From IMG/VR virus record IMGVR_UViG_3300033463_000196, positions 1 to 52,247 of that record: a stretch of 52,247 bases of DNA; one strand, written 5' to 3'. The stretch is from a virus. The notes beneath the pieces were generated by a model, which saw only the letters and a list, made by a program, of their open reading frames with translations, did not search any database and was not told the DNA's origin. A program made the translations under genes and the position numbers. Below are positions 49,738 to 52,247 of the stretch, in pieces (positions within the stretch are counted from its first letter, which is position 1; each line of letters opens with the position of its first letter).

Positions 49738-52247
49738 TTATAGGTAAATCCAATCGTTAAAGTTCATCAAGAAGAAATTAAACGCGCCGTCGTTTCGGCT
49801 ATCATCGTCTGCCGTCTGAACGGTTATAGACGTTTTCGTTTGCGATTTTACGGACGCATATAGCGGATTACTACCGCTGTCAATAACGCCGTAGCCGCAT
49901 ACCATTACAAAAACGTGTCCTGCATCTGCATACCAATTATTATTACTCCATGATAAGGTATAAATACCTTGGCCGTCTCTTGTAACTGACATTGTGCTAC
50001 CGTCGAAAGTATGATAAGATACGCTTGCCCCGCTACTTGAACCTGTAACGCGGCCAACGGCTAACATCTTCATGTGGTGGCCGTAGCGGGATTCTGTGCC
50101 TAAGTCTATTCGCTTTAGCACAATCCAACCGTAGAAACTATTATTATCGCCGTAACCTAACAACTCTACGGCCTCGCGGCTTAACTTGATAGTAGATTTC
50201 TGTATGCCATCTTCATAGAAATATTTACCCGTCGGGGCTGTTAGTTGAGCGTACCCGGATGCCGTCGAATAACTACCGTTCCAATAGTAGTTAGTGATAA
50301 CTACCTTACGGCCTGACTGGTCGGTAGTCCACGGCAAAGCGTAATCGGATGCCGACGCGCTGTAAACGGCTATGTTGTCCGAAAAGTCATTGCCAAACGT
50401 ACCGCCACGTCCTAAGTACGTGAACGGGCTACGCACACCGCCTCTTACATATACGTCGCCCTGATATGTTTTGCCGGTAAGCAAATCAAGCGCGTAGTAT
50501 GGGGCAAAATTCTTTTCTTCCAAAGTAACGGTGTTAACCGTACCTGATAGCCCGTTAGGGTTGTATATCTCCAAATAATACGTACCGCTTTCCGTTGGCT
50601 TAATGTAGCCTGCGCGTGTTACCGCCGACGTGCTGTTAATCAATACAGGCGAATAGGTAGTGCCGGTAGACGTGTTGCGTACTCTTATGTAATAGCCTGT
50701 TGAACTGCTGCCGTAGCCTTTGGCCGATAAGTAATAAACTTTTCCGGCCTCCAAAGTTAGCGTAGTCCATGACTTAGTAGTGTTACTGCTTGTAAATGAG
50801 TAATCGCTACCATAAGCATACTTTGCTAAGTATTTGCCTAACGGGTTGTTTGGATTAAACAGGGAATAAGCGGTAATACCCTGATAGGTTGCGCCGTTAT
50901 CGTAGGCCGTACCGTCTATAGTTCCGTTGGTGCTTATCATCCAATCGCCGCTAATTCTTGCACTACCAAAATAGCCGTGTTGGGCAAACAGGATATTAGC
51001 GGCTACTAATCCCATTTTCGTAGATAACTGCCAAAGGCCGTTATTGGTGTCGTAGGTACTACCCGGATAGTTTGAGGCGGTTTTTGTGTGCGTCTTAATA
51101 CACTTGTAGTAATTGCCGTTATATACTACAAAATCTTCGTAAGGCTCACCGTCTGCGCCTTTGTAAAATTGAAAATCCAACTCGGCTTGCGTCCAATCCT
51201 GCGGGCCGCGTAATCCGGGGCCTCTATAGCCTCGCGGGCCTTGGCTACCCGTGCCGCCCGTTGGCCCCTGTGGGCCTTGGGGGCCGGTGTTGCCCTGCTT
51301 CTTAACGATAATCTCACATTTGGCTAAGTACGCCTGCCCTGCCGGGTTTGTGTCGGTGTACGCGCTGCTAAACATGAAAATTACTACCGCGTCGTAGCCT
51401 GTATAGACGTTGGCCTTTATGTTTACGCCATCATCAAAGCCGTTATTTATGTAGGTACTATTATACATCGTTAAGAGCGCGTAAGTAGTACCCGTGCGGG
51501 AATAGACGGCAAAACGGCAAGTATGGGCCTGACGTGCCGCCGTTCCTGCCTTACGATAAAAGGCTGCTGAACAATTAAGCGTAGCACTATCAGCGTCGGA
51601 CGCTATAGTTACGTTTCCTACGGTGCAAGCGATTTCGTAGGTTACGCCGTCGTTACCATTTGGCCCCTGTGGGCCTTCTGGCCCTGTATCTCCATAAACA
51701 CCTATAATAACGGGGTCTGTGTTTGCCGTACTACCGTCTGTATAGGTTACGGTCTCATAGTTCCAAAGGTATTTCTTTGTTGCCGTAACGCTCTGAACGC
51801 TCGTAGTCCATCCCGACGTAGAGCGCGTAACGCCTGACGATGCAGACGTAGCAAGGTAGTATTCAGTTATAGACGAAATGCCTACGCCGGTATCACCAAA
51901 GCGGCCAATGATAGCGGGCGTTGTGTCTACGTGTGTACCGTCTGTGTAGTTTATGCGCTCGTAGTTCCAAAGGTACTTTTTCGTCTTGGTCATTGTGGCC
52001 GCTGTAGCCGTCGGGTCTGTAGTCCATCCCGTCGTAGATGTAGTAACGCCTGAACTTGACGAACTCGCTAAGTAGTATTCGACTACCGACGAAATACCGT
52101 TGCCGGTATCGCCCTTGTCACCATAAACACCTATAATAACGGGGTCTGTGTTTGCCGTACTACCGTCTGTATAGGTTACGGTCTCATAGTTCCAAAGGTA
52201 TTTCTTTGTTGCCGTAACGCTCTGAACGCTCGTAGTCCATCCCGACG
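49738..52247 (-). CDS. Tail fibre protein, C-terminal segment (collagen-like Gly-X-Y tracts plus large C-terminal domain)
   Basis: The frame is open from 52247 down to the stop at 49738. I translated 51994-52247 and found no stop. GDTGPEGPQGPNGNDG and GNTGPQGPQGPTGGTGSQGPRGYRGPGLRGPQ are collagen-like. Confidence 0.75.
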   Translation of the reverse strand, partial: SGWTTSVQSVTATKKYLWNYETVTYTDGSTANTDPVIIGVYGDKGDTGNGISSVVEYYLASSSSSGVTTSTTGWTTDPTATAATMTKTKKYLWNYERINYTDGTHVDTTPAIIGRFGDTGVGISSITEYYLATSASSGVTRSTSGWTTSVQSVTATKKYLWNYETVTYTDGSTANTDPVIIGVYGDTGPEGPQGPNGNDGVTYEIACTVGNVTIASDADSATLNCSAAFYRKAGTAARQAHTCRFAVYSRTGTTYALLTMYNSTYINNGFDDGVNIKANVYTGYDAVVIFMFSSAYTDTNPAGQAYLAKCEIIVKKQGNTGPQGPQGPTGGTGSQGPRGYRGPGLRGPQDWTQAELDFQFYKGADGEPYEDFVVYNGNYYKCIKTHTKTASNYPGSTYDTNNGLWQLSTKMGLVAANILFAQHGYFGSARISGDWMISTNGTIDGTAYDNGATYQGITAYSLFNPNNPLGKYLAKYAYGSDYSFTSSNTTKSWTTLTLEAGKVYYLSAKGYGSSSTGYYIRVRNTSTGTTYSPVLINSTSAVTRAGYIKPTESGTYYLEIYNPNGLSGTVNTVTLEEKNFAPYYALDLLTGKTYQGDVYVRGGVRSPFTYLGRGGTFGNDFSDNIAVYSASASDYALPWTTDQSGRKVVITNYYWNGSYSTASGYAQLTAPTGKYFYEDGIQKSTIKLSREAVELLGYGDNNSFYGWIVLKRIDLGTESRYGHHMKMLAVGRVTGSSSGASVSYHTFDGSTMSVTRDGQGIYTLSWSNNNWYADAGHVFVMVCGYGVIDSGSNPLYASVKSQTKTSITVQTADDDSRNDGAFNFFLMNFNDWIYL
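51692..51888. repeat. 197-bp perfect repeat inside the fibre gene (second copy spans the window junction)
   Basis: 51692-51818 equals 52121-52247, and 51762-51888 equals 1-127. Both copies encode the same ~66-aa fibre repeat. Confidence 0.9.

Larger units (their letters stand above)
1..52247. mobile_element. Complete temperate tailed-phage genome (siphovirus-like, HK97-type head), circularly closing
   Basis: Contiguous phage modules (integrase/repressor, replication, terminase, portal-protease-capsid, tail, lysis) with no host genes. Nt 1-57 equal nt 52191-52247 and one ORF stays in frame across the junction. Confidence 0.8.

Overview
The window reads as one complete temperate tailed-phage genome of about 52.2 kb, siphovirus-like with an HK97-type head module. 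The host is probably a Bacteroidota member. Support: four matches to the TTTG-N19-20-TAnnTTTG promoter architecture, plus integrase, VirE-type primase and DUF4494-like gene content. Nt 1-57 are identical to nt 52191-52247, and a single tail-fibre ORF is in frame across that junction, so the sequence closes into a circle. Almost everything is on the minus strand. In transcription order: early/replication genes (41.6 to 24.3 kb), packaging (23.3 to 20.3 kb), head (17.9 to 13.8 kb), tail and fibres (13.3 kb to 1, wrapping to 49.7 kb), a DGR (49.3 to 46.7 kb) and lysis genes (46.5 to 45.0 kb). A plus-strand lysogeny module (repressor, lipoprotein, secreted protein, tyrosine integrase) occupies 41.8-44.7 kb. 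The main finding is a complete diversity-generating retroelement: target gene, Avd, a 107-nt template repeat and a reverse transcriptase. It has two variable repeats. One is next to the fibre gene and the other is about 15 kb away inside the replication module. All 36 TR/VR substitutions sit at template adenines. Both variable repeats are followed by a GC stem with a GAAA loop. Other points worth a second look: a PLD-like nuclease that an A8 slippery run could fuse to a peptide resembling the SSB C-terminal tail; a split C5 methyltransferase ending in a G9 tract; an iteron array that may be the origin; a canonical tail-chaperone -1 frameshift site; face-to-face consensus promoters with a repeated operator-like 13-mer that recurs upstream of a plus-strand membrane-protein moron in the tail module; and an unexplained 31-bp perfect repeat 10.3 kb apart. 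All domain calls come from motifs read by eye and from synteny. No database search was run.
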